Assembly: GCF_006345805.1 (NCBI RefSeq)
Contig: NW_021833767.1
Location: 1 to 54,978, forward strand
Length of the DNA: 54,978 nt
Source: Octopus sinensis
Taxonomy: Eukaryota
Direction: 5' to 3'
Of the stretch, positions 12,100-24,293 are shown in pieces (position 1 is the stretch's first letter; each line of letters opens with the position of its first letter). The translations under genes were made by a program, and so were the position numbers. The notes beneath the pieces are model-generated. The model was given only the letters and a program-made list of their open reading frames with translations. It was not told the origin of the DNA and ran no database searches.

Positions 12100-12290
12100 C
12101 AAATTTTGGCACAAGGCCAGCAACTATGGGGGAACGGGTAATTAGATTACATTGACATCAGAACTTAACTGGTACTTACTTGAATGTATGAAAGACAAAG
12201 TCGACCTCGGTGCAATTTCAACTCCAAACATATACTAACAAAATGCTGCTAAGAATTTTGCCCGGTGTGCTATCGATTCTGCCAGCTCGC
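12100..12290 (-). mobile_element. SINE family B, diverged
   Basis: CAAAGTCGACCTCGG and GATTCTGCCAGCTCGC. Confidence 0.75.
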
Positions 12291-12309
12291 AGTCTTGTAT
12301 TTTCAGCAA

Positions 12310-12522
12310 AACTGAAAACACTGAGATCTCGGGGAGATTCTGCGTGACACAGAATGTAATACGTTTGACCCTTTGAATTACAGGTACACCTCATTTTTGC
12401 CAGTTCAGTGAGCTGGACCAATTTGAAATAAAGTGTCTTGCTCAAGGAGACATTGTGCCGCCGGGAATCGAAATCACGACTTTACAATCTTGAGACGAAT
12501 TCCCTAACCACCAAGCCATGCT
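12310..12522 (-). mobile_element. SINE family C-related, diverged
   Basis: Minus strand TGGCTTGGTGGTTAGGG...TTTCGATTCCCGG...CTTGAGCAAGACACTT...GGCAAAAATGAG. Confidence 0.65.
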
Positions 12523-13122
12523 CCTTCAATGTCTGATCAACTTGACAATTCATCTACGACCCCCAAATCTCTTCCTGACCAGAAACACACGATTCAATGT
12601 ACCCCTGTTCCTATTATTAGGTCTGCCCTGAAGGACCATACCTATAATCTAATCATACTGTTCTATCATTTTGTGCTTTTGCGTAGTCTCTTGGATTACA
12701 CGAAGAAGAGTGTTCTTTACTTGGAAGACTGTGAGATGAGACATGGTTTAGAATTTGTTGTTATTTCTAATAATTAACAGAATGTTCTCTGAGATCGAAA
12801 TTGCGATAGCTGAGACTAGGTATGGGGAAAAGTTTCATACTTTATTACATGTACTTTTAAATATCTAGGCAATCGTTTGTAGACATGAAATACGGCGTTA
12901 TGAATGTGCATATATGTATGGTTATACACACATACATTCATATCGACATATATATATAGGTTGATATTTATACACCTGAATATGTATACATAGAGTAAAC
13001 TACCAAACGATGCCTTGCAACTATTTTACGCTACTAACAAGCATATATGTCTTCGTGTCTGTTACGTACTTTGTGTGTATGTATGTGTTTTTTATACATC
13101 TCTCTCTCTCTCTCTCTATCTA

Positions 13123-13162
<40 letters not shown>

Positions 13163-13286
13163 CACACACACACACACACTAATAATGATATATATGTGTG
13201 TCATGTATGTACATGGCATGCTTATGCACCTGTGTGTTTCTATGCGAGAGTGTGCACATGTGAGTTTTCAATGTGTGAAGCTGTAC

Positions 13287-13324
<38 letters not shown>

Positions 13325-14524
13325 GCACACATAAAGCGTCTAATATCATGTCAGTATTAATCTATATGGAAATGTGTATATATTATAAGTAGTGTCTTCA
13401 TTTAACCTTTGATTGTAAGGATGCAACAAGGTAGTTTATCAAATATGGTTGATAAGACTATTTCGCTTTGATGTTTGGCCATATCCGACATTTCATCACC
13501 ACTTTCAACATGACTGACCAGTCTCTTATCACCTAGGCAGGATTTTCCTTTTACATATATATCTATATATATATATATATATGTATGTATCTATGTATGA
13601 TGAATTGTTAATCCCTAGCGTCTTGGCAATAGATAAGAAATTGTTACAACTCACTGAATAACAGCTATGATATATGATGTCGTAACCTATGAGTAATGTG
13701 TTGCCTAGCGACTAAAATTAGTTACCAGTTCGAATTCCTTGTGGTAAATTATATGGTAAATTGTTTAAGTCGAAAATAGACTTGAGCTAGTACTTCTATG
13801 TTCAGATTTAGTCCAGCCGTGACAATTTTGTCATTTTTGGAGGACAAGTATTATTACGTGATTCCTGCGTCATTTCTGTTTTTGAGAGTCAATAAGCTTA
13901 TGGCCTGAGGGCGAATAGCCAGTTATATATTACAGATAGAGAATCACTTTTAATCTTTATACAATAACCACTCAATTAAAATTGTCAAATGAAGGGACTC
14001 AGTACTTAAATTGTTTACAGTCGGGTACATATACTGTCTGTAATTTCGTATTGCTAGGCTACGGAAACGTACACAAAACAACTATGTCAAGCTGTGGCGG
14101 GCAACAAAGCGCAAAGCACATACACACACACACATATGTATATACTGTTATGAAGTGGGTGTACACGTCGGGTGTAAATTAGCTTCACACAAATATATAT
14201 TTAGATTGTGGTTTATTTAAAATAACCGATCGCAGAATTATTATGTTCACACAGAACTTATTCCGTACTACTCCAGCGTATGTACGATATTAAACCAACA
14301 CACGTTGAACTTACACAGTGGACAAAACAGTCGATTAACACTGTCCAATACCCTTGATAGTTCACAGAGTTCTTTATCGAAATCCGTTCGTCCTCTTTCG
14401 GTCACGTGGAGATGTACAAGATTCGCCCATAACACATACAGAGGCAGACAGTACTTGAACATAGTTCGTCTTACCTATTTGTCGTGTTCCATCAAGTCAT
14501 TAATTTTTTTTCATACGTCTAGTA

Positions 14525-15127
14525 GTTATACAATTGGTTTCTTTTGCCGAACCGCTAAGTACGTGGACTTAAACACAGAACTACCTGTTGGCAAGCGGTA
14601 CTGGGAAACAAATTCAGATACAGTACACACAGACACACAGTTACGTGTATGTATAGTATATAATATATATATTATCATTAATTAAAATCTTAGGGCAGCA
14701 AGAATATTCATCGAAAAATTCTTAGTTATCAGTCAATAGACTATACATTATTCAGACAAGAATGCAGTGTACTTGGAAACACAAAAGAGATAGAAAGATC
14801 AGTTAAAACTCCAAGCCACCAATTGTTGTAATTCCGAAAGTGATTGGAAACTAGAAAACTTTTACCTTAATCCTAGACCCTGTAATTGGTGGCTTGGAGT
14901 TTTAACTGCTCTTTCTAGCGAGTCAGATATCCTATTCTTCGGGTGTATATATATATATATATAAATAAATAAATAAATAAATAAATAAGACCGGTTTCTT
15001 TCAGTTTCCGTCGACCAAATCCACTAGCAACACTGTCGTCGGCCCAAGGTGTTGAGTCAACCCCATGGACTGAACTGGGATGCATGTGGTTTAGAAGCGA
15101 ACTTGTTACCACACTGCCACGCCTGCG
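14525..15127 (-). mobile_element. SINE family A, diverged, split by an insertion of about 260 bp
   Basis: Right arm remnant 14525-14640 and left arm 14990-15127 in the correct order. Confidence 0.6.
14791..14917. repeat. 34-bp inverted repeat (33/34 identical), 59-nt spacer, TA at both ends; MITE-like
   Basis: TAGAAAGATCAGTTAAAACTCCAAGCCACCAATT (14791-14824) versus 14884-14917. Confidence 0.85.
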
Positions 15128-15240
15128 ACTATACTATATTAAGATGCTGAGAGAAATATTTACTTTGAACGGCATCTATCCTGTCTAAAAAAGCTAACGC
15201 ACATCTGTACTGTAGTATACATAGAACAATATCTATTACT

Positions 15241-15390
15241 ATTTCTTTACTACCCACAAGGGGCTAAACACAGAGAGGACAAACAAGGACAGACAAGCGG
15301 ATTAAGTCGATTTTACCGACTCCGGTGATTAACTGGTACTTATTTAATCGACCCCGAAAGGATGAAAGGCAAAGTCGACCACGGCGGAAT
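15241..15390 (-). mobile_element. SINE family B 3' part (tail 1)
   Basis: ATTTCTTTACTACCCACAAGGGGCTAAACACAGAG...GGCAAAGTCGAC. Confidence 0.85.
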
Positions 15391-15582
15391 ATCATAACAT
15401 ATGAGATGTTTATTGTTGAAATGGGAAAAGAAACAAAAGGGCGCATTTATCTTTTTAATAAGAAAATTAAAATATGACAAGACGACGAATGAAAGAGGTT
15501 CACGCCTCACACTTTGATATGGAGATGTCCATCTTCACATTAAAGATAACCATAAAACTAAACAAAATATAAAGACAACTAT

Positions 15583-15981
15583 TACTCTTCTACTTGTTTC
15601 AGTCATTTGACTGTGGCCATGCTGGAGCACCACCTTTTAGTCGAGTAAATCGACCCCTAGACTTATTCTTTGTAAGCCTAGTACTTATTCTATCGGTCTC
15701 TTTTGCCGAATCGCTAAGTGACGGGGACGTAAACACACCAGCATCGATTGTCAAGCAATGCTAGGGGGACAAACACAGACACACAAACACGCACACATAG
15801 ATATATATATATATACATATTTACGACGGGCTTCTTTCAGTTTCCGTCTACCAAATCCACTCACAAGGCTTTGGTCGGCCCGAGACTATAGTAGAAGCCA
15901 CTTACCCAAGGTGTCACGCAGTGGGAATGAACCCGGAACCATGTGGTTGGTAAGCAAGGTACTTACCACACAGCCACTCCT
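15583..15981 (-). mobile_element. SINE family A, full length
   Basis: Colinear with other copies. Confidence 0.9.
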
Positions 15982-16005
15982 AACATTTTTTTCATTTTCT
16001 TTTTT

Positions 16006-16185
16006 CGTTGGTATAAGCTTGGCTAAGTGGTTAACGGCTTCACCTCAGAGACAAATGGTACATACCTTGATTTTACTAATCGGAATATTGAGCAAATAGT
16101 AAGTTATGCCACTGTGCCATACCATAGTAAGGCGGTGAGCATAGCGAACAAAAAGCATAGCGGCATTTCGTCCGTCTTCAGGGAC
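16006..16185 (+). repeat. Inverted duplicate of 11666-11845 (includes the SINE B head)
   Basis: See 11666-11845. Confidence 0.9.
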
Positions 16186-16325
16186 TCAGAAAATGGACAC
16201 CGAGGTTGACATTGCTTTTTTATCCTTTCGGCATCGATGACATAAATACCTGTTAAACACTGGGGGTGATTTAATTGACTTAAGCCCTCTCCCGAAATTG
16301 ATGGCTTTGTGACAAAATTAGAAAC
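16129..16325 (+). mobile_element. SINE family B, diverged (tail 2)
   Basis: AAGGCGGTGAGC head, CATAGCGGCATTTCGTC, GAGGTTGACATTGC core. Confidence 0.7.
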
Positions 16326-17169
16326 AAATGTTTTATACCATAGTTCTAGCTGCGAAAACCGTTCTGGGCAAAATTGTGAAACATGGAAACGGCTTGGAAA
16401 GCTTTAAAGAAATCGTAATTCTTTTCATTAATGGTAAACTACAACAGTACTTGTGCCTTTAGTAAAAATTAAGAAGGATTAATGTAAACTAGAATCGTGG
16501 GAACATTTAACATCACGGTTGATCATTTCTGAAATAAGAGAATTTTATTCTTTCGTAAATATTCGTGACATATCTCCGATTTCAGAACAACTTCATTCTT
16601 ACCACTCGTCTCGAAATCTTTAAAACTTGTCAAAGAGCAGTACGATCTCCCACCTTTAACCTGTTGAAAATAGAAGTCGGAATTAAAAGTTACAAAAGCA
16701 TGCGTTTTTGTTTTAATACTCACTTAGTAATGATAGCATTTCCGTGTAATTTATTATCAAAACATTCTTGTTTTTCTTCGCCTACGAGAACAGAAATCAG
16801 AGATTGCCTTACGTTGTGTTTCGCTGGTTCTTTTCTCTGGTAGTTCAACCTGTAACGATGTATATTTTGCTTTCTATCTTATCAGGGTCGATAAACAATA
16901 ACAGTCAATTATTGACATTTGTTTTTCTTTGCGAATGTGTGCTTGTGTTTGTGTCTGTGTGCGTGCTTAAATCTGTCGGAATCTCTTCCGTTGCTCTGAA
17001 AACAAAACTACGGTGGGGCATTGTGAGCGTTTTTCTTTCATTTTATTTAGAAAATGAAATTTCGAGAGAGGGACAGCCAACTTTTTCTCATTCAAAATAA
17101 ATAAATAAATAAATAGATACATGCAACAGTAGAGCACTTTACGAAAATGAGGCCGCTCGTATGCATGTT

Positions 17170-17397
17170 GCGAGCTGGCAGAAACGTTAGCACGCCGGGC
17201 GAAATGCGTAGCCGTATTTCGTATGTCGTTACGTTCCGAGTTCAAATTTCGCCGCGGTCGACTTTGCCTTTCATCCTTTCGGTGTCGATAAATTAAGTAC
17301 CAGTTACGTACTGGTGTCGATGTAATCAAATTAATCCGTTTCTCTGTCCTTGTTTGTCCCCTCTGTGTTTAGCCCCTTGTGGAGTAGTAAAGAAATA
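17170..17397 (+). mobile_element. SINE family B, full length (tail 1)
   Basis: GAGCTGGCAGAAACGTTAGCACGCCGGGCGAAATG to AGTAAAGAAATA. Confidence 0.9.
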
Positions 17398-17504
17398 TAT
17401 AATGATTCTCCCATTACTAATTCTTGAGTATCTTTCGTTATGGCTATATTTCACAGACAACCGTAATCCTTTTGTTAAAAATCTAATTAAAATAACCCTT
17501 GCTA

Positions 17505-17705
17505 CTCTAAGCACAAGACCTGAAAATTGTGGGGAGGGAGTAAGTCTATCACGTGGACCCCAGTACGTGTACTTAATTTATCGGCCCCGAAAAAGATGAA
17601 AGACAAAGTCGACCTCGGCGGAATTTGAACCGAGAACGTAACGACAGGCGAAATACTGCTAAGCATTTTTTGTCCAGCGTGCTAACGATTCTGCTAGCTC
17701 GTTGC
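17505..17705 (-). mobile_element. SINE family B (tail 2)
   Basis: CAAAGTCGACCTCGGCGGAATTTGAAC...GATTCTGCTAGCTCG. Confidence 0.85.
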
Positions 17706-17951
17706 CTTAGATGTAATTAAAATAATAATGATCAATATTTTTATACCTAACGACTCGTTAGAACGCTGAATGTTGCATTTAACCATGAATGGTCCTGTCA
17801 TATAGTCGCATGGTGCATGGAAGCATTCGTAGATCATAACAGCGGAGAATCGTCTGTTGTAGGTACCGGAACTTCAAAAAAAAAAACGCTACCTCAGTTT
17901 ACTACATATCATCAATGGCAGCCCCCCGCCCCCTCCCCCGGGGACATCACT

Positions 17952-18126
17952 AGGATCCTTGTTTGAGAAACACTATCATAAAAGCTGAGTAATGGGGATT
18001 GTATATTCTTTGTTTTCTCGGTGAGGACAGCAATAGCCTCTCTTGACTGTTCATACAACTCAGAGTATCTCAGAAGCCCGTATCACATCACTCTTCTACT
18101 TCTATCATTCAACTCGTCTTCAACAA
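17952..18126 (-). repeat. Inverted duplicate of 7064-7239
   Basis: See 7064-7239. Confidence 0.85.
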
Positions 18127-18243
18127 GTTGCCATAATATACAGAAATTCAGTCTCTTTTCAGTCACTGATATCGCAAATAGCCATGCAAGCTCATTAAAA
18201 ATTAATTATCCGCGACGGAAGAAATGTAATCTTCATATCTAAT

Positions 18244-18282
18244 TTAACGTGGTTGTCTTGTCGAAGAAGACAGCCACGTTAA
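18244..18282. repeat. 16-bp hairpin with 7-nt loop
   Basis: TTAACGTGGTTGTCTT / AAGACAGCCACGTTAA, one G-T pair. Confidence 0.8.
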
Positions 18283-19075
18283 GTTGGCTATAAAGATTTC
18301 CCTTTGGCACTAATACTGCTTCCGTCGCTAATAGTCATTTTTGGGTTTTTTAGTAATTTTTTTTCCCTGCCACGTAATTATTTCCCAATCAGTTTTTAAG
18401 TTTCCCCATCGTGAAATATGTTATTCTTAATGAAATAAAAATCATTATGCTTCAACTCTTATTATGAGACGTAAAACAATATTTATTTCACACAGAGAAC
18501 GATAGTACAATACATAATACTTCAGACACATTTGTTGTTTTTTTAAGTGGCGCTGTTGTTGCTACTTAAAAAGAAATCAAGCTAGTGACGAAAGGCTTGT
18601 CCACTAGCGAAAATAATGTAGTTTATGAAAAGCAATGACGAAATTTCTCAATGAATTATTTGTTACTTGCGCATATAGATTGTAACTGAAGATTATTAGT
18701 AATTTTTTTGTACCAAATAGACCCGCCACATAACGGCATTTTATTGACGTCTTCGCTTTTCTTGTCGATTGCCGTCATTGTTTAGACTCAGGTGAACCAC
18801 AACTGAAAACTGAATGCCACATTTTATAAGCAAAGCCTACATCCGTGACCATACAGCACTTTTTTCTACAATGTCTCTGGCATCTATGCAGGGTGGGAGT
18901 GTGGTAAGAAGATGGCTTTTGAAGCACATAATCCTGTGTTCAGTCCCACTGCGTTTACCTTCAGCAAGTATTTTGTTCTTTAGCCTAAGGACTCACAGAA
19001 CACCTATTTTATAGGGAAAAATAAGAAAATAAAACATAAGATAACATGCACATATCCATCTATCTATCTATCTAT

Positions 19076-19109
<34 letters not shown>

Positions 19110-19140
19110 GCATATGTATATATGTATCTATATATGTGTG

Positions 19141-19173
<33 letters not shown>

Positions 19174-19191
19174 TTATATATATATTATTTC

Positions 19192-19320
19192 ATTTTTGGA
19201 TTTGGTTTGCAAGATTCTTTATATGAGTATTAAAATAAGAAATAAGTGGAAATTTTACCGCTGAGTGTGTTAAATAATAAGGCACTAAAAGAGAATGACT
19301 CTCCCAGACACAGCAGAAGA
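19192..19320. mobile_element. Short element family G, internally inverted copy
   Basis: TTTTGGATTTGGTTTGCAAGA start as at 45600, followed by the reverse complement of the 45655-45735 segment. Confidence 0.75.
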
Positions 19321-19689
19321 TATATAATATATATACGCACACACGCACATACAAACAAACACTCACGCCACGCATACACTTATCACACTCGCAAAGACGA
19401 ACAAAAGTCAATAACTGACTGCTATTGTGTATCTCATCAACTGAGAGAAGCCGATCGTATATGTTATTTACTGAGGAAGATCGTACGTACTACGTAAATT
19501 TGTGCATTTCGTAGTATTCAATACGCAAACCTGAAACGTGCGTATGAAATTATTCCAGCATATCAGTTGAAATTGTGTCGTACTGGTTTGCTGAACGGCT
19601 AGATACGGATACGTCGACACACCAACGTCCATTATCAAGCGGTGGTGGGAAAGAAACACAGGCGCAAAGACACACACACACACAAATAC

Positions 19690-19723
<34 letters not shown>

Positions 19724-19734
19724 ATACAAACTCT

Positions 19735-19906
19735 TCTTTTTTTCTCTCCTTTTTTTTCTCTCCTTGTTTTTTTCTGTGTCCCTTTCTGTAGAAGAGCGTA
19801 GGCTCGGAACGTAAAAGACTTTTTTCTATTCCTGAGCGTTATACTAATACATCTGTTTGTTTTGTACACCACCTGTTTTCATCTATTGTTTTTTTCATAA
19901 ACTCTC

Positions 19907-19907
<1 letters not shown>
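19735..19907 (+). mobile_element. Hammerhead-bearing element family E1, copy 2
   Basis: Colinear with the other E1 copies. Confidence 0.85.
19782..19817 (+). ncRNA. Minimal hammerhead-like fold, core CUGUAGA, GAA changed to GGA (probably inactive)
   Basis: CUUU CUGUAGA A GAGC GUAG GCUC GGA ACGU A AAAG. Confidence 0.45.
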
Positions 19908-19973
<66 letters not shown>

Positions 19974-19976
<3 letters not shown>

Positions 19977-20070
19977 AGGTGTATGAAACGTCTTGAGCCT
20001 CAAAACAACAAAGCATGGTACACGACTTCTAATGAAAGTACAACGCTCAAAGCATTTCATACACCCTTCG
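19974..20070. mobile_element. Small mariner-like MITE remnant (about 25-bp imperfect TIR)
   Basis: GGTGTATGAAACGTCTTGAGC versus GCTCAAAGCATTTCATACACC. Confidence 0.5.
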
Positions 20071-20884
20071 GGGCTTATAGAAGATAGTTGCTCAAAATGC
20101 TGCGCAGGAGGACTAAATCCGAAACCATGTGTATGGGAAGAAATCTTGCCGCATGGCCACCTTTCACATAAAAAAAAAGACATACCCATCAATTTAATTT
20201 CCTCGTATGAAATTCTGCCTTATCGTTGAAGGAATCGGTTGCTAAAGAGGAATTCGTGGAGCGAAACTATATCCACGAAACATCATTTGCGAAAGTTTAC
20301 CTTCATTTATTATCCGCTTAGTTCCAACAGTTTTCGGAATTGCATCCAAAACAAATTAGCCGGAAGTAATTGGCCGATATCTGATTCGGGCGTTTCCCTT
20401 GAACTTCTCCAATTGCAGAATATTCACCTATCTGGAGAACAATTTGGAAATTGTCTAGTTTTGTCTAGTCATTACAACTAATCAAAGAATTTTAACATTT
20501 AGACACATACGTACATACATATACATACATGCTTGCATGCATATATACTTACATATATATATATATATATATACACATATGTGAGTGTATGTATACTTGT
20601 ATATATATATATATTTATTTATTTTAAAAGTATATATAAAGTATGTAAACATGTTTATACATAAATTCTAACGCAATAAATACTAACATACGAAGAAATA
20701 TACATCGCTACAAATATGAATATATACGCATACACGCATATTCAAATACATATATCATTGTGTACAACTTCTGAGCACTTAGTCAATTAAGATACGAACA
20801 GACTTGGCTACAAAATTAACTGCGTGCAGGTGTGTGAGTATGCGGGTGTATAACCGTGGGTGTATGCACATACGCACACACACA

Positions 20885-21191
20885 ACACACACTCATGTAT
20901 ACATATACATATATATACATATATACACATACAGGCACATATATATAAGCGATAAAAATATATTTAAACACATACACACACATATATATATACACACACA
21001 CACACACATACACGTGGAATATATATGTGATACACACACGCACATATATTCTGAGATAGACAAACAGACAGATACGTTTATTCATGTTTACATACAAAAA
21101 CAGATATAGACACAGAAACACACACACTCACATAAATATACATATGTATATACACATACAGGCACACATATATATATACGTGACAAAATAT

Positions 21192-21241
<50 letters not shown>

Positions 21242-21362
21242 GCAAACATACACGTAGTATATATACGTGATAGACACACGCACAAATATATTGAGATAGA
21301 CAGGTACGTTTATTCATGTTTACATACAAAAATAGATCTAGACACAGAAACACACACACACA
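20885..21362 (+). repeat. Tandem duplication with period about 230 bp, built from CA/TA-rich sequence
   Basis: ACAGGCACA at 20931/21158; CGTTTATTCATGTTTACATACAAAAA at 21075/21307. Confidence 0.8.
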
Positions 21363-21737
21363 TACTCTCTCTCACACATACACGCACTCACTAACATATC
21401 TATCTGTATAAATAATGAATTGAGCAACAAATAGCACCCGAATGCTAAAAATAGCAGCCAGAAGACGACTGCGACCACCAATTTTCATTAATTTTCACGG
21501 TTCTTTTCGTTATTAGTACGGGGGGCTTAGAATTTCTGCACATTCCCCCCGATTTCAATTAATGTGGAACAGTGAAAATTTATAATTGTAGTCGTCTTTC
21601 GACTGCTATTTCTAGCGTACTGGTGGTACTTGTATCACACTTAATTATCAATTAATAATTTTTTTACCTTACCGTATTTCTTTACGCATGCTTTGCCACG
21701 TGATAGTATTGTAAACAATAAATCCTTAAATCAATCC

Positions 21738-21810
21738 ATAGCACCCGCGGTATTCAAGGGATCGCTCTGTATCTGTATACAGAGTAATCCCTTGACTATC
21801 GTGGGTGTTG
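21738..21810 (+). other. 73-nt hairpin, about 34-bp stem, 4-nt loop
   Basis: Hand pairing gives 27 Watson-Crick, 5 G-U and 2 mismatches. Confidence 0.8.
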
Positions 21811-21814
21811 CAGT

Positions 21815-22326
21815 CCAAGAGAATACCCTCCATCAGGTATTTGCCATATTCTGAACGCCTTACTTGCCTGGGCATGGACACATTGAAACTCCGGCGTCTG
21901 GCAGCTGACTTGGCAGACACCCATAAAATTATTAACCATCTTACTAACAATAACTCTGAGCACCTTTTCAAACTCCACCTGTCAAACACCCGTGGACATG
22001 TTTACAAAGTCAGAAAACAGCGCAGCTCCCATGACTTTCGGAAACATTTTTTCACGCTAAGAGTTGCTGAAGCATGGAACAAACTACCGGCATCAATTGT
22101 TAGTTGTCGGAGCACTGCATCCTTCAAAACTTCCATGCTTCCTGAGATTTGCCAACACTACACCTGATTTCCTCCTCTCCATACACACGCAAGCTTGTAT
22201 CTGACTCATAGACTGTTCACTTTCCAGACATTTGTACATTACTGCATATGCTTTAGACGTACTTTCTCACAAGTTGTGGTGCACCTGAGCACTGTATATA
22301 ATAATTTCATTATTATTATTATTATT
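21815..22326 (+). mobile_element. 5'-truncated CR1/L2-clade LINE 3' end (ORF2 C-terminus to stop at 22167, 3'UTR, (ATT)n tail)
   Basis: LPYSERLTCLGMDTLKLRR..DL...KI...TRGHVYKVRK...RKHFFTLRVAEAWNKLP...S..SFK is the typical CR1 ORF2 C-terminal signature; tail 22309-22326. Confidence 0.9.
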
Positions 22327-22369
22327 AAAAACCCCTGCAATCAGTGAAGTAGAAACAGTACTGTACTCT

Positions 22370-22599
22370 ATTCTTTTATTCTTTTGCTTGCTTCAGTCAT
22401 TTGACAGCGGCGATGCTGGAGCACCACATTTAGTCGAGCAAATTGACCACGGGACTTGTTCTCTGTAAGCCTAGTACTTATTCTATTGGTGTCTTTTGCC
22501 GAACTGCTAAGTTACAGAGACGTAAGCAAAACCAACATCGGTTGTCAAGCGAAGCTGGGAGAACAAACACAGAAACACAAGCATACACACACACACAAG

Positions 22600-22635
<36 letters not shown>

Positions 22636-22884
22636 TCAAAATAAGCAACAGGGTATAAGTTGCTTATTTTGATTTTAATCACCTTATTTTGAAACTGTAT
22701 GGATAATACCATACTAAATTCTGGGGACTCAACTAGGGTACATATTTCATCTGAATCTAAAGTTTTGCTATACCAAATCCACTCACAAGGTTTTGGTTTG
22801 CCCAAGGTGCCACACAGTGGGACTGAACCCGGAACCATGTGGTTGGTAATCTATCTACTTACCACACAGCCACTCTTGCGCCTA
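22370..22884 (-). mobile_element. SINE family A with an insertion of about 135 bp in the central microsatellite
   Basis: Right arm 22370-22630, insert 22632-22765, left arm 22770-22884. Confidence 0.8.
22633..22676. repeat. 17-bp inverted repeat with 9-nt loop
   Basis: AAATCAAAATAAGCAAC / GTTGCTTATTTTTGATTT (one extra T). Confidence 0.8.
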
Positions 22885-23484
22885 TATACTTATATATTAC
22901 TTTTGTAATTTGTATATATATATATATAATTATAAATGCAAAACAACACCATGGAGGAATTGACCTACACTTAAGTAATAAATCTCTATAGGTGAACCTC
23001 CATATATCGAGGGACAAATGTATGTATCCGTGTGCAAAAGTACCATTACGTAAGCGCCTCTACCCACCTCTATATTACAGTGTTTGTGTGAGAATGTCTG
23101 AATAGTTGTTGCTCCTATCGTACACCATACTTATTCGTTCGCATCTAATAAACACAACCGTCCTTCCATATTTTTTCTAAATTTCTTTTACTTTCACTCA
23201 TTCTTCCTGAGACGTGTTCGCACATTGCTCAACCACACAACTCACTGTACAAACGCTATTATATCTACATTTGTCTAGCTATCCAGCTGTATGCAGGCAT
23301 GCATGCATGTATATATGTACGTACGTATGTATGCAGATGTATATGTATGTATGTATGCGTATGTAGATATGTGTGGTTGTGTGTGTATGCATCCGTGTTC
23401 GTTTGCATATCTATCTATCTGACGTCTGCCTGTCTGTCTCTTTCTCTCTCTCTATATATATATGTATATATATATCTTTCATAC

Positions 23485-24250
23485 TTTTATTTTTTACTGG
23501 TTTCAATCATTGGATTACAGCCATACAGGGGCAGTGCCAGACCTTTTCGGGTTGAACGGCAGTTTTTTCTAACAGTGTCATATGAAATTGTCACCCATAA
23601 TTCTGACCATAGAATCGATCTATTGCATTTCAATCTCTTTTAGGGTTAGGGTATATTTTTTTCTTCACAAATGTAAATAAACCCAATCTGTTTCTTAAAC
23701 GAGGGACATATTCATACGGCACAGAATGTTTTCACCTCAATAGACGTCATTGATTGGTTGAAATTGCAGAAACTAAAGAAAATAAAACAACAAATATCTT
23801 ACAAACTATAGAATTTTCTCAATAAAGCCAAGAGAAAAAGACGTTTTATAAACACATTCTACCAGTATACGAAGTTTAAAATTTTTTAGTTACCTAGAAA
23901 TTGTTAAAAACTGCCGTTCAAACCGAAAAGATCCGCAGTGCTTTCAAGAATTTATAGTCGAACCTATCGACCCCAGTACTTAAATTTCTTCAAGCTTGAT
24001 GATAATTCTATCGATATTACCTTTTCCCAGAACTCCTAAGTGACGGGGACATAAGCACACCAACAGCGGTAGAGGGGCTCAGATAAAGGCAAAAAGAAAA
24101 ATACGCGAATGTATGTACATACACACGACGGGCTTCTTTCAGTTTCCATCTATCTAATCCACTCACAAGACATCGGTCGTCCCGATGATATTGTAGAAAA
24201 CACTTGCCCATGTGGTTGGGAAGCAAGTTTCTTACCATACAGCCACGCCC

Positions 24251-24255
<5 letters not shown>
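23485..24255 (-). mobile_element. SINE family A, diverged, interrupted by a MITE
   Basis: SINE tail resumes after 23934. Confidence 0.7.
23539..23934. mobile_element. Non-autonomous DNA transposon, about 29-bp TIR, 8-bp TSD
   Basis: CTTTTCGGGTTGAACGGCAGTTTTT versus AAAAACTGCCGTTCAAACCGAAAAG (24/25); TSD GCAGTGCC (23531-38) and GCAGTGCT (23935-42); internal TTAGGGTTAGGG. Confidence 0.85.

Positions 24256-24290
<35 letters not shown>

Positions 24291-24293
<3 letters not shown>

Noticed and set aside
14268-14462. Minus-strand exon ending at a GTAAGT donor
   Set aside because: No convincing acceptor and no recognisable protein similarity.
19468-19545. CTGAGGA...GAAACGTG hammerhead
   Set aside because: G at position 17 and no helix I.
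23640-23651. Interstitial telomere
   Set aside because: Only two TTAGGG units, and they lie inside a MITE.
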